Below, one piece after another: positions 1 to 11,453 of a stretch of DNA of 64,000 bases. Location of the stretch: positions 868,001-932,000 of the forward strand of contig CP142726.1 of assembly GCA_036630325.1 (NCBI GenBank), read 5' to 3'. Numbering within the stretch: the stretch's first letter is position 1; every line of letters starts with the position of its first letter. Made by a program: the position numbers and the translations under genes. The notes beneath the pieces are model-generated. The model was given only the letters and a program-made list of their open reading frames with translations, did no database searches and was not told where the DNA came from. The stretch comes from Vairimorpha necatrix. Lineage: Eukaryota.

Positions 1-72
1 ACTATTTTGATAATGATTTTTATGGCGTCTCAAATAAAAACTTAAATAATAATGCGAATGAAAGCTTCTAAC

Positions 73-269
73 ACAGACAAGAGTTTTTAAAATGACTTTG
101 AAAAGTCTAACTGTGTTAAGCAGACATAGGCTTAATATAGATCACCTAGGGCTATTCGAAAACTTTATGGACTCTTATTAAAAGAACCTGGTGCTGGTAC
201 CAAGGAAGTGATTTATATTGTGGCTAGAACAATTACAGGTTCATATCTAAATAAACTAAATTTATTTTT
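73..269 (+). mobile_element. Degenerate 3' fragment of RLE-type non-LTR retrotransposon
   Basis: 73-143 (cagacaagagtttttaaaatgactttgaaaagtctaactgtg...) aligns with 62270-62341 of the LINE copy at 61797-62487. Ends in a T-rich tail abutting the Dicer stop; the right boundary is approximate. Confidence 0.65.
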
Positions 270-3200
270 TCAACACTCAAAAGTATTTACAATCATAAAT
301 TTCAACATCACAGAAAAAAATTGCTTAGTCTTTTCAAGATCAAAGTCGGAATCCAAGACGACTGCTCCTATTAGAGACTCAAATATGTCACTATAACATT
401 TACTAATCTTACTCTTCTTATCTCTAGTATCTTCATGTAATCCTGTAAGCGCTAGATCAAAAAGCCCTTCATTCAATAAAATTCTCGCAAATGTGTTATT
501 GTTTACAAGACCTTTTCTATAAGTGTGTAGTGCTTCAGGATCAGCTTCGGGATATTTATAAAAAATATAATCTGATACATTTAAATCTAAAAAGCAGTCT
601 CCTATCAATTCAAGTTTCTGGAATCTTTCAGATCCAAACATGTTATCTTTAAACGATGGATGTATCATCGCCTTCTCTAAATAACCTTTATTTTTGAATT
701 TGTAATTTATTTTTTCTTCGATCATTTGCACATTTTGATATGGCAAAATACCTTCGTACTCACAGAGTAAATAAATACTTTCCTTAGTTTCCGACATTTT
801 GCGATAACTTAGTGTTTTGGTATGTCTGTCTAAAATGCCCAATTTCTTGATAAAATCAAATGCTTTGTCAAATCCTAATTCTATGTAATGAGCTCCAATC
901 ATGGACTCTACAATGTCAGCTAACACTTTATTTCCTAATTCATACAATGAATCTTTTGTGTGTTTGATACTAAAATTTTTTACAAAGTTTGCTTGATTAC
1001 TATTCGTAAACACAAACTCTGCGCCTAGGTTTTGCACTAAAGAATGATCTTCTAATTCACTCAGAATAGCAGGCGGCTGGAATAAATGCTCTGAATATTT
1101 GTTAAATGTGAAATATTCTGACAACCCAATCTTCTTCGCAATTCTATACAAATTATCATTACAAACTATATAATCTTTAGTAGTTACAAGTTTATTGAGA
1201 TTGTAACCACATTCTATAAACAAATATTTACTCACAGCATATTTTAAAACTGAGTCTCCGATAAACTCAAGTCTCTCGTAGCCCAAATCGAACTCCCCAT
1301 CATAAACACCTCTTTGTGTAAAGGAAATCGCTAAATTCTCAAGAGAAACTTCCAAATTCATCTTTTCTTTCAATTCGTGGACCAGAGCCATAGTTTCGAA
1401 AACATTAAAAAATTTTACAAATTTTTTATAATCATTTTTTATATTTTTGCTTATAGCAGAGACATGAAATATTTCACCAGAGTTTAACTCGTAGGTGCTT
1501 CCTTTTTTTGCTGAGTAAATAGACGCACCAAAAATAATGTTTGTGTCGTCGATCTGTTTCTCTAATTCTAGTCCATATTTTTCATTAAAATATTCCAGAA
1601 AGGTAGTTTCAGGAGATGGCGGATTTCCATTTACACTTCGTATTCTTTTACAAATGGTTCCGATTTCATCTGTCAATTTCTTTTCACTTTCATTTACATA
1701 TTCGTAAAATTGTTTATTAATCGGATTAAACAACAAGAAAGAACTTAGAATATTTTTGTCTTTTACTTCATAAACTGATCCAAAGAAGAATTTGTTACAC
1801 ATCAAATTCATGTAGTCAAAATCAATATTTCCTGATTTTATAGGTATGACATAATAGGCATATTTTCTATATGACTCTGGTGGAAAAGTTTTTCTTCGGA
1901 AATTTATACTAAAAAAAAATATTTGAAAATTCAATATAACTTTTTTTTCGTTCTCTGTAAAATTAACTTCTTTTAAATAATTTATCTCTGTTTCTTTGTA
2001 AGATACTGTATTTCTAAATGATTTCCCCGTACAAATCCCAATATTACTTTTATTGAAAATATATACGCTCATAGTGTCAGTAAATTTGGATAAAGCACGC
2101 GGCTGTTTTCTAAGTACCTCATTAATATTGAGAACAGATACATTTTCTTCGTCAAAACAAATACTGTGTTCTTTAAAAAATCGATCTTCAAATTCATATG
2201 CTTCTTTTTGAGCATTTATCAGTTGTTTGGCCTCTTCTAAATCTTGGAAATCGATATTATAAATTTTTTTGATATTTTCTATATAAACTTGATTTTCGTC
2301 AATAAATTTTTGTTTTACGGGTAGGAAATTTGCATCCAAAAATCCCGCCTCGTACATCTTTATTAAAAATTTATAGCACACATCTTTGTACGCATCTTTT
2401 TTTAAACTAAAATTGTCTGATTGAATTTTTTTAGAAAAAAAATCGCCATCGACCATTTTAGGTAATTCGAGGCAACAGTAAAATTTATTTTCTTGCGCGG
2501 CACTGTAAAAAGACTTATAAACGCGCAAATCTTTTAAAAGAAGAAAATTATCATAGAATAATCTATTAATCATGTACATTACATGTTCTGAAAATATGAC
2601 AGCATAATCAAGAGCCAGTGTAGGTACAGGATATTTATTAGGCGACGTCGTGCAATATTCAAGCCGTTTCTTATGTGCGTATTTATGAAATATGGTCAAT
2701 TCTTTATTCTTACAAATTTCATCTACCACTAGATTAGGAAAATCTCCTTCTTTTTTAATAATTATAACATTTTTAAACTTATGAACATCTTCGTCGTCAG
2801 CTTCTTCAATCAAAATAAGTGACGCATCGGGGTCAATATCATTAGCGGACATTTCATTATAATTATAAACATTATCCAGCTCGCATTTAAAATCGCCTTT
2901 TATAAATATTGGTCCCATGTTTTTTATACCTTTTATAATCTCTAGCATCTGTCGATGTTCTAATAATTTCTTTGCTTTTTCTTTGTCTTCTTGTTCAATT
3001 GCAATGTTTTTTGTTTTGTTAAAATTGATACATTTATTTAAAAGAACTGTAGCTTCGTCAAGATCTTCCTTTTCTAATTTCTCTAATTTTTTCATAAGTG
3101 CAAGATAAACAGGATTCTGAACTTTTTTCACTGTACTTTTTAATATTCTCCTGCACTTAGCATACGACACAATCTCATCTGTCAATGTCAAATCCAATGT

Positions 3201-3707
3201 CAAGCATTTTATATTGTTTTTTTGTGTATTAATTTTATTAGACTGCGTAGACTGGAAGTAAATTGGCAGGTCTATGTTTTTATCATCTGTGAATACAATA
3301 CAACTAGGTTTAGTCAAATCATAAAGTTTTCCATCAATATAAAACAACCTAAATGCGTGTGTCAATTCTGATTTAATTTCACAATTTATTATGACTATAT
3401 CATAATCGTAAACGTTTAGAAGCCCTTGCCACGATAAAAGAATAAATTTCGACGGATGACAAATTAATTGCTTAGTTTCTTTTATTCTCAAAAGCATTTC
3501 TCCGAATTTATATTTAAAATCTTGCGCAAAGTACTTGTCGTCTGTAATGACAATATATCTTTCATTTTCCGCCATTAACTTTTTCATTTCTTCTATGTTT
3601 ATATTATTGTTAGCATTTTTAGAGATGATTGAATTCAATTTCATACTAATTTTTGGGGTATAATTTTCTTTTATATTTTTTGGCGCTAAAAACTGTAAAA
3701 GTTTCAT
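270..3707 (-). CDS. DCR1: Dicer-like RNase III (1145 aa)
   Basis: Two RNase III signatures (YERLEFIGDSVLK...LADIVESMIGA; FQKLELIGDCFLD...SDIFESLIGAV), PAZ-like segment (TFLEYFNEKYGLEL) and DUF283-like segment (KKDAYKDVCYKFLIKMYEAGFLDANFLP). Confidence 0.93.
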   Translation of the reverse strand: MKLLQFLAPKNIKENYTPKISMKLNSIISKNANNNINIEEMKKLMAENERYIVITDDKYFAQDFKYKFGEMLLRIKETKQLICHPSKFILLSWQGLLNVYDYDIVIINCEIKSELTHAFRLFYIDGKLYDLTKPSCIVFTDDKNIDLPIYFQSTQSNKINTQKNNIKCLTLDLTLTDEIVSYAKCRRILKSTVKKVQNPVYLALMKKLEKLEKEDLDEATVLLNKCINFNKTKNIAIEQEDKEKAKKLLEHRQMLEIIKGIKNMGPIFIKGDFKCELDNVYNYNEMSANDIDPDASLILIEEADDEDVHKFKNVIIIKKEGDFPNLVVDEICKNKELTIFHKYAHKKRLEYCTTSPNKYPVPTLALDYAVIFSEHVMYMINRLFYDNFLLLKDLRVYKSFYSAAQENKFYCCLELPKMVDGDFFSKKIQSDNFSLKKDAYKDVCYKFLIKMYEAGFLDANFLPVKQKFIDENQVYIENIKKIYNIDFQDLEEAKQLINAQKEAYEFEDRFFKEHSICFDEENVSVLNINEVLRKQPRALSKFTDTMSVYIFNKSNIGICTGKSFRNTVSYKETEINYLKEVNFTENEKKVILNFQIFFFSINFRRKTFPPESYRKYAYYVIPIKSGNIDFDYMNLMCNKFFFGSVYEVKDKNILSSFLLFNPINKQFYEYVNESEKKLTDEIGTICKRIRSVNGNPPSPETTFLEYFNEKYGLELEKQIDDTNIIFGASIYSAKKGSTYELNSGEIFHVSAISKNIKNDYKKFVKFFNVFETMALVHELKEKMNLEVSLENLAISFTQRGVYDGEFDLGYERLEFIGDSVLKYAVSKYLFIECGYNLNKLVTTKDYIVCNDNLYRIAKKIGLSEYFTFNKYSEHLFQPPAILSELEDHSLVQNLGAEFVFTNSNQANFVKNFSIKHTKDSLYELGNKVLADIVESMIGAHYIELGFDKAFDFIKKLGILDRHTKTLSYRKMSETKESIYLLCEYEGILPYQNVQMIEEKINYKFKNKGYLEKAMIHPSFKDNMFGSERFQKLELIGDCFLDLNVSDYIFYKYPEADPEALHTYRKGLVNNNTFARILLNEGLFDLALTGLHEDTRDKKSKISKCYSDIFESLIGAVVLDSDFDLEKTKQFFSVMLKFMIVNTFEC

Positions 3708-3774
3708 CTAAAAATATAATTGGTTGTTTGAAAGCGCCCAAAAATAAAGCCGTTATTTTATTTTTTTACCCTCA

Positions 3775-4077
3775 AAAAATAAAATTCAATAAGTTGTGGA
3801 GAAAAAAATACTTACACTTATAAAAAATAAACGAGTGTAATATTTGTAAGGAACGGCCTTATTTATTCAAAACAGATAAGAAAATTTTTTCATAAGAAAA
3901 CACTTGCGGGGATTAAATAAATGATTAGCAAGGAATCATAATGTCAAGGTTCAAAATATAAAACAACTATCATTTATCTGTTTTGAATAAATATGGCCGT
4001 TCCTTACAAATATTACACTCGTTTATTTTTTATAAGTGTAAGTATTTCTTCTCCACAACTTATTGGATTTTATTTTT
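3775..4077. repeat. Long inverted repeat (arms 3775-3879 and 3974-4077, ~94-nt spacer)
   Basis: Arms are reverse complements over ~105 bp with about 4 differences. Confidence 0.95.
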
Positions 4078-4147
4078 CGGGGCGTATATAACTAAATGCA
4101 CGAAATTATTTTTTAGTCGCTTTTGCTCTTAAAAATTACAAAAAAAT

Positions 4148-7100
4148 GGCTAATATCAGCATCTGTGTAAAAAAACTGGGGGGTCAAAATTTTTAAAAAA
4201 TTGCCCTTTTTTTTAAAAAACGAAGGGAATGATGAGTAATGAAGAAATTGAAGATTTTTATATATCTTTAACAAATTAGAAATACAATCAGAAATGTATA
4301 AAATGTGGTTGGGATACAGCTATTGTATCAAATGAAACTGCTTACTTGAGGTGTAAGTCTTCAAGTTGTAAACACAGATTTTCAATTTGGAAAAATTCTT
4401 TTTTTGAAAACACTAGACTAGAACATTTACTGATGTTGCAAATAGTAAATTTTTGGATATTAGAATTAAAGTAATTCTTATATCAAAGATTTTGGGATGT
4501 AATGTACAAAATGTAAGTTACACCCTAGATAAATTATATAAATTAAAAATTTATGATAAGTATTTGAACAAGCTGAAGCAGATAGGCGGACAAGATATCA
4601 TTGTAGAAATAGATGAAAGTAAAATTGGCAAAAATAAGCATCATAGGGGAAGATTAGTTAAGGGGTTTGGTGTTTCGGTATGGTGGAACGAACCGAACCA
4701 AAGAAGATTGTATTCGTAATTATAAAGAAAAGAGACAGAATAACATTATTTCCAACTAGCGTATGCTTTCCCGTTTTAAAAACGGGATCTAAATGTTTTG
4801 TTTGATAATATGTCCCGCCTAGGTGAATTTTGGTGAGTTCCCATTTTAGGACGATTGAATTTAATAGGATGAAGACATCGTTTTCAAAAATACTTTTTAG
4901 TTTCATAGAAGGAGTAAAGTTAAGTTAAAAACACTTATGAGTCTCATTGAAATAATTCTGGGAATTTCTAAGCTCAATTTTTTTACTTATATTCAACTTT
5001 TTCTTTATTTAATATTATTGTGAATTTTTTCTAGAAGGGTTAAATAAATTCTAAAAAACGATTCTGAAGATATTTTGGAACTGAGTTTTTTAAAAATAAT
5101 AAATAGAATAAAAATGCATTAATATTTAGTATACGCACTTACAATTATCAAATTTAAGCATTGAGTTTAAATTTAATATTACAGTAACATAATAAGCTGT
5201 AATAAGAAGTTTAAAGTTTACAAAATCATAAAAAAGAGGGGTAAAAAATTAAATAAAATTCTTTTATATATATGACTAGCGTATGCTTTCCCGTTTTGAA
5301 AACGGGAACGAAATGTTTAGTTTTTTAATATGTATTTCCCCTTTTAATGTTATTAAGTTTCCATTTTGGGATGAATTTGAAAAGGAGGAAACATGATTTT
5401 GGAAAATACTTTTTAGTAACATATAAGGAGTAAAGTTGAGCTAAAAACATTTAATAATTATAATGAGATAATTTTGTGAACTTTTAAGCTCAAATTTTGA
5501 CGCTTATATTTAAAATCTTTATTGTTAATTATTTTTGCAATTTTTCCTAGAAGGGTTAAATAAATTCTAAAAAACGCTTCTGACGATATTTTGAAACTGA
5601 GTTTTACAAAAATATGAATCAAAATACAAATGTATTAACATACAACTTACGCACTTATGATAGTCAAAATCCTTCATTGAGTTTATATTTGATATTACAA
5701 TGATACAATAAGCTTTAATAAGAAGTTTGGATTTTACAAAATCATAAAAAAGAGGGGTAAAAAATTAAATAAAATTCTTTTATATATATGATGATGACTA
5801 GCGTATGCTTTCCCGTTTTGAAAACGGGAATTGTATGTTTTGTTTAAATTTGTCCCTCTTCGGTAAATTTTGCTATATTCTAATTTAGGATAATGAATTT
5901 AAAAAGGAGAAAACATGATTTTTAAAAATACTTTTTAGCAACATATAAGAAGTACTGTTGTTTTAAAACATTCAATAATCTCAATGAGATAATTTTAGGA
6001 ACTTCTAAGCTCAAGTTTCGACACTTTTATTCAACTTTTTTTTTTGTACATGTTTTGTGAATTTTTCGTGGAAGGGTTAAATAAATTCTAAAAAACGATT
6101 CGGACGATATTTTAAAACTGAGTTTATCAAAAAAATACAATCAAAATTAAAAAGTATTAACTAATAACATACACACTTAGAATAGTCAAACTAAATCAAT
6201 AAATTTATATTTGATATTGCAAACACACAAAAAGTATGAAATATGTAGTCTGGACATTTCAAACTGACAAAAAATAGGGGTAAAAAATTAAATAAAATTC
6301 TTTTATATATATGATGATGACTAGCGTTTGCTTTCCCGTTTTGGAAAACGGGATTGATATATTGTTCATGGCATTTATTTCTACTTTATTTTTAAGTTTC
6401 CATTTTGGGAAAAATAAATTTGAAAAGGAAAAAACATGAATTTACAAAATACTTTTTAGTAACATATAAGGAGTAAAGTTGAGCTAAAAACATTTAATAA
6501 TCTCAATATGATAATTTTGGGAACTTCTAAGCTCAAGTTTTGACACTTATATTCAACTTTTTCTTTGGTTAATGTTTTTGTGAATTTTTTCGTGGAAGGG
6601 TTAAATAAATTCTAAAAAACGATTCTGACGATATTTTGGAACTGAGTTTTACAAAAATAATAAATAGAATTAAAAAGTATTATCTAATAACATACACACT
6701 TAGAATAGTCAAATTAAAGCAATAAATCTATATTTGATATTTAAATAACATATAAAGCCTAAAATATATAGTTTAGAAATTTCAAAACCACAAAAAAGAG
6801 GGGTAAAAAATTAAATAAAATTCTTTTATATATATAATGATCATGTTTAAGCATGTAAATTTGGAATCCGTCTGGCATTCGAATATGTGGAGGGCGTATG
6901 CAACGTTAAAAAATCATTATGCGGACCATAGGACTTTGAATCACAGTTAAACTTTTAGAGACAGAGAGACAGGTGTGCATACAAACACCATAGAAGGGAA
7001 TTGGAGGTCTTTAAAAGCTCTTATACCTAATAGGTGTAGGACTTATGAACTTGCTGAATGCATTTAGTTCTATATATGATTAAAAGAAATGAGAACAAAG

Positions 7101-7301
7101 ACATCTTCAAAGCATTATTAAAATTATGTTTTTGATATATTTTATTTATTTTAAAGTTAATTTTCATTCATTTTTATATCTTAATTATATTTTATTTTTT
7201 TTCTGAAGTTTTATCTTCCCTTCGTTTTTTAAAAAAAAGGGCAATTTTTTAAAAATTTTGACCCCCCCCCCAGTTTTTTTACACAGATGCTGATTTTAGC
7301 C
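4148..7301 (+). mobile_element. Merlin (IS1595-like) DNA transposon, transposase disrupted and interrupted by a Helitron array
   Basis: ~80-bp TIRs (GGCTAATATCAGCATCTGTGTAAAAAAACTGGGG... / ...TTACACAGATGCTGATTTTAGCC) and 9-bp TSD caaaaaaat (4139-4147, 7302-7310). Transposase motifs IVEIDESK..K.K.HRGR and NHS.TFRDRETGVHTNTIEGNW. Confidence 0.93.
4756..6840 (-). mobile_element. Tandem array of four non-autonomous Helitrons (4756-5275, 5276-5797, 5798-6320, 6321-6840)
   Basis: On the minus strand each unit starts 5'-TCA, ends CTAG-3', and has a CCCGTTTT..AAAACGGG hairpin ~10 nt before CTAG. Inserted between host A4755 and T6841 with no TSD. Confidence 0.9.
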
Positions 7302-8565
7302 CAAAAAAATATTATGGAAAAGAAGAGAATACTTGTCAGGTGTATTATTTAATATTTATGCAATTTTTGTATGATTAAAGATTTGTTCTTGGTAGTTTAC
7401 ATTTTTCATTATAGAATTCAAATTATTCTATCTTTTTTATATGAAGATAAAAATTTTATATTTAAAATTGCATGCACTCTTTTATATAAACATTAAAAAT
7501 GCGATTTTTTAAGTTTAATAATCAAATCTCACAACTTATATACGTAATAAAGGTTTATATATATATCTTTGTATCCTGCTTTTAGCACAAATTACAACTT
7601 GGCCTAATTTGGAGCAAGAATAAAATAACAATAATTTTTTTTTATACAAAAAAGAAGAGTTGGGATATCGGCCGAGAAAATAAAGAAAAACGGAATATGC
7701 CGAAGTATATTTCATATGCGTTACTTGTTGCATAAAAAACTTGTTAGACATCCTATCAAATTTATAATGAATATATATTGTGATGTTGTAAAATAAGCTT
7801 TATGAAAAGATTATTTTTAAAACATTAATTTGCATCCCCAAACGAGCAAATTTGAGGTCCGATCATGCTTTCACACATGCTTTAGTTGAGAATTGTTCTT
7901 ACATTAGAAATTATTTATAGTAAGTCTTATTCTATACCTTTGATTTATTTGTAAAATTATTTAGTCTTATATATTTTACAAATTAAAAATGACGCTTGAA
8001 CCAAGTGCTTTAAAGGTTGTGTTAATACATAACCAATTTTGTATGCATACAATCCCTAAAAGGAAATTGTAACTAATAAGTGTTTCATCTACTCAAATAT
8101 TAAGTTTTTTCTATTTCAATAAAGTAATCATTAAAGTTGTGTGCTTTCCGTTATTTAAAGGAAACTACAGGTAGATAAAAGCAACCTTAAAGTTGAAGTA
8201 ACGCAGGTTTATTTTCACGCTATTGTACATAAAAGAGCTACTTGGGGTATAAAAAGATTGTGATTGGTGCATTCTGAGATGCAACCTTTCAAGCCTAATA
8301 TTGAAATTATATGAAGCAGAGCAAAGAAGTTTTGTGTACCTTTCTCATCGGACCATTTAACCACTGATCGAAACTTGTAAAAACTTGTAATCGCGGTCTA
8401 TAAGGCGAGGATTGAAGACGTGGAAAGTAAGTAGGAATATACAAAAGGCAGATGTCATAAATACCTTGATCCAGAACGATAATATTTATCTCTATTGCAT
8501 TAGCCGAGTCTGTCAAATTTAGCCGCCGTACTATCACATTGCAACCGAAAGGGAGGTTTATTTAA

Positions 8566-9216
8566 TTTGCAAGAAAGGAGAGGGAACCCTTACATAGTAC
8601 CAGGAGGACTTGTTAATTCTTATTCAATTGGTACTTTAGATTCTTACTCACTAATCCCACTACATATAATTTACCGGCGCAGCAAGCTTTGCTGTATTCA
8701 TTGGACCTAGGCACCAGGAACCCTCTCTTATACTATATTTCAGGTCTAGTCAGAGTGACATCACAGCGGATATACACGGACATGGTTATCTATAGCCCGA
8801 GAAGGAACATCATCATTACTCAAAGCTTTACACAAGTATCCGTATCTCATACACGACTTATTGTTCCCGTGACATCACCACCCGGCATTTTTTAAGACGC
8901 TGCGTTGATCACTATTCTCCCACAAGTTTTGGTCGCCATATCACAAGAATCTGAAGCGCAGGGCCGACGAGACCTTTAATCGCTCTACTTCCAGTCTCTT
9001 AGTTGATTCCAGGATCATACACTGGAGTGCACCACCGAAGCGTTCCAACTATGGCGTACCCAGCAGATACTTTAATGTATCAATATGTCACTACGGGGGA
9101 TACTGTTTTCGGCCATAAGGTGCGTTCATACACTAGATGCTAATCTCCTTCTGGCTATGCGCACACAAGTTTCATTGAATTAACTTGGTATTTATCGCGA
9201 ATATTTTTCATCATCT
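8566..9216 (-). mobile_element. Diverged SINE-family copy lacking the tRNA head
   Basis: Colinear with 50322-50980; shares the blocks ttgcaag, gattcttactcactaa, catggttatctata.cccgag and cactagatgctaat. Confidence 0.8.
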
Positions 9217-9345
9217 GAGTTGTTCAAACTACAACATAAAAAGAAAACTTCTATGCTGATTTTTGATTACAGTCATGACCAAAGATGAGCTCTGTCTACG
9301 GCTGCCCACACGCCTAGAGCTGTAAATTGAAAAAATTCTCTTGGC

Positions 9346-9505
9346 GACAAAGTCCAATGGATACGGCGGAGGTTGCTGCACTAGCAAATTATATGTAGGG
9401 TTTTTAATGAGTAAGAATCTCGCAGTATCAGTAAGATGAGGATCGCAGTTTACAGTCCATCATGTTTTTGTGGAAGGTTTCTTGGTTTCTCTTAATACAA
9501 GAGAA
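9346..9505 (+). mobile_element. 3' fragment of SINE family (part of the inverted duplication)
   Basis: gtccaatggatacggcggag...tgagtaagaatctcgcagta matches the SINE 3' portion and the reverse complement of 40863-41021. Confidence 0.75.
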
Positions 9506-10179
9506 AGCCAAATTTTATTTTTTAGTTATTACATTTTTATTCTCTCTGAATATTTTTTGCTTATATTTTTCAAGTACGACTCTCTTGTGTATGAGAATTT
9601 GGCATTCTGTATTCATGCAAATACCAGAATATTTATAGTTTTTTAAGGTTAACCTTATTTAATAAACAAACTATTTTTTACAAACATCCTTATACAACTA
9701 GAAAATAAATTTTGGAAATATAAAGTTCCTTCAAACAGCTATCCCGTGGTCCTTAAATTCCTCTGGACAAGAGAATACCATTCTATAAGTATTCTGCCGC
9801 TTCCTTCTATTATGAATTTATAAGAAAATATTGTACAATATTTTCACGCTTATAAACATAAAGGAAAACATGCCCGGGGGCTTGAAGCATAATAAAAAGC
9901 TTAGCTTAAAACATTCTTCATGGTCTGTTGAAATCCAAGAGATCAAATAAAGTAAGATTTTATTAAAATCTTGAGCATTTTTTTTAGAATTATGACTTTT
10001 TATTATTTTACATAGTTTTGTCATATTTTCATATTAAAACATAACCTTATCATCTGTTTATACATGTCTACTAATCTAAAAAAGTCTGAGACATTTTCTC
10101 ATTAATTTTATTTCCATACACAATACGTCTATATTTTTTCACTCCTCTCTTTGTTTTTCTATATCCCCCTTTGATTCCA

Positions 10180-11397
10180 ATGGTCTTTTTCTTGAAAAAT
10201 TGGTTTTCTGATTCAATAACCAAGCTTCTAAGAAATGACACAATGGATAAATCTCATCAAAATGTCCAAATTGTTGATATAATCTTATCAAAACACAAAT
10301 CTGATCTTATTCTAAGAGATAAAGATTTCTTTATAAGAGCTCAAATTACCAATTCTAAGATTAATTTACATAAAGGAACGTGTATAAATATAAAAGATTA
10401 TTATATTGAATATAGAAATAAAGAGTTTATTTTGTTTATTGAAGATTGTGTAGATTTGGGCAGTTTATCTGACGTACCAAGTTATATTGAAAATATTAAT
10501 ACTAAATATAAAATAGAGTTGAGCAGCCCTTTGTACGCAGATTTTACGTACGATGAGTTGTTTGTAGATAGACAATATAAATTTGTATCTTTAGAAACAA
10601 ATAAGCATATAGAAAATAAAGAAGATGATTTTGAGTCGAGTAATATTTTCACAGACAGTATAATTCTTAATACATCAGTAATAAATAATATGAATGAAGA
10701 TACAACAGGCATTCGTGACATAATGGGCACTAAAATAGAGGACAAACATATAATAGTCGATAATTCAGTTAATTATGATATAAATAGTTCATTTGATTCT
10801 AATTGCACAAATGACGATAGATCAAATAAAAATGATACACCAGGAATTGTATATAAAAAATCTTGTTCTAAGTTCAATCCATACACTAGAATTGTCAACT
10901 CTTTGAAACATATTCCTAAAAATAATAAAATTATCAAATCTACAGACATAAATAAATACCAAATAGAAAATATCCTTAAACTATACTATTTAAAATTTAA
11001 TTTGATAAGTAAAATCTTTATTAATTTATATTATTCAGAATTAGAAAGAGTTATAAATGAATACAAGAAACATTATATCACTAATTTGCAAAATGAAAAA
11101 TTTAATAGATTAGAAGATCGCAGATCTTCCAAAAAATTTAGAAGCAAGTCGACCAAGCGCAAAATACGAAAGAGAATTTCCGAGTTTTATATTAGAAAAT
11201 ATTCCCACACAATACAGAATATTAAAAATCTCTTCGTAAAAAATGATGTTTACAAATACACAGAAAACAGTAAAATCAAGTATTTTGATATTTACCCAGA
11301 TCGCCTAATAAAACACGCTAAAATAGAAATTGATGAATTTAATTTTTTGAATGCGAAAGATGAAATTATGTTTGACATTAATTATGAAATAAATTAA
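10180..11397 (+). CDS. Hypothetical protein with N-terminal TPP1/Est3-like OB fold, copy 1
   Basis: ORF track 10171-11397; first ATG at 10180. N-terminal pattern WF...QIVDII...LILRD..FIRAQIT...G.CI.IKDY...EFILFIED resembles the TPP1/Est3 OB fold. Confidence 0.6.
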   Translation: MVFFLKNWFSDSITKLLRNDTMDKSHQNVQIVDIILSKHKSDLILRDKDFFIRAQITNSKINLHKGTCINIKDYYIEYRNKEFILFIEDCVDLGSLSDVPSYIENINTKYKIELSSPLYADFTYDELFVDRQYKFVSLETNKHIENKEDDFESSNIFTDSIILNTSVINNMNEDTTGIRDIMGTKIEDKHIIVDNSVNYDINSSFDSNCTNDDRSNKNDTPGIVYKKSCSKFNPYTRIVNSLKHIPKNNKIIKSTDINKYQIENILKLYYLKFNLISKIFINLYYSELERVINEYKKHYITNLQNEKFNRLEDRRSSKKFRSKSTKRKIRKRISEFYIRKYSHTIQNIKNLFVKNDVYKYTENSKIKYFDIYPDRLIKHAKIEIDEFNFLNAKDEIMFDINYEIN

Positions 11398-11453
11398 ATA
11401 TTTACTGTTTATATAAAGAATTAAGCTTCTTACAGTTCGTTTTTTGTTCTTAT

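Larger units (their letters stand above)
9346..11414 (+). repeat. ~2.07-kb segmental duplication, copy 1 (inverted relative to 38957-41021)
   Basis: Continuous high similarity across SINE fragment, upstream region, CDS and ~17 nt past the stop codon. Confidence 0.95.

Noticed and set aside
4756-6840. CRISPR array or plain satellite
   Set aside because: Units are ~520 bp and homologous along their whole length, with Helitron termini; no unique spacers or cas genes.
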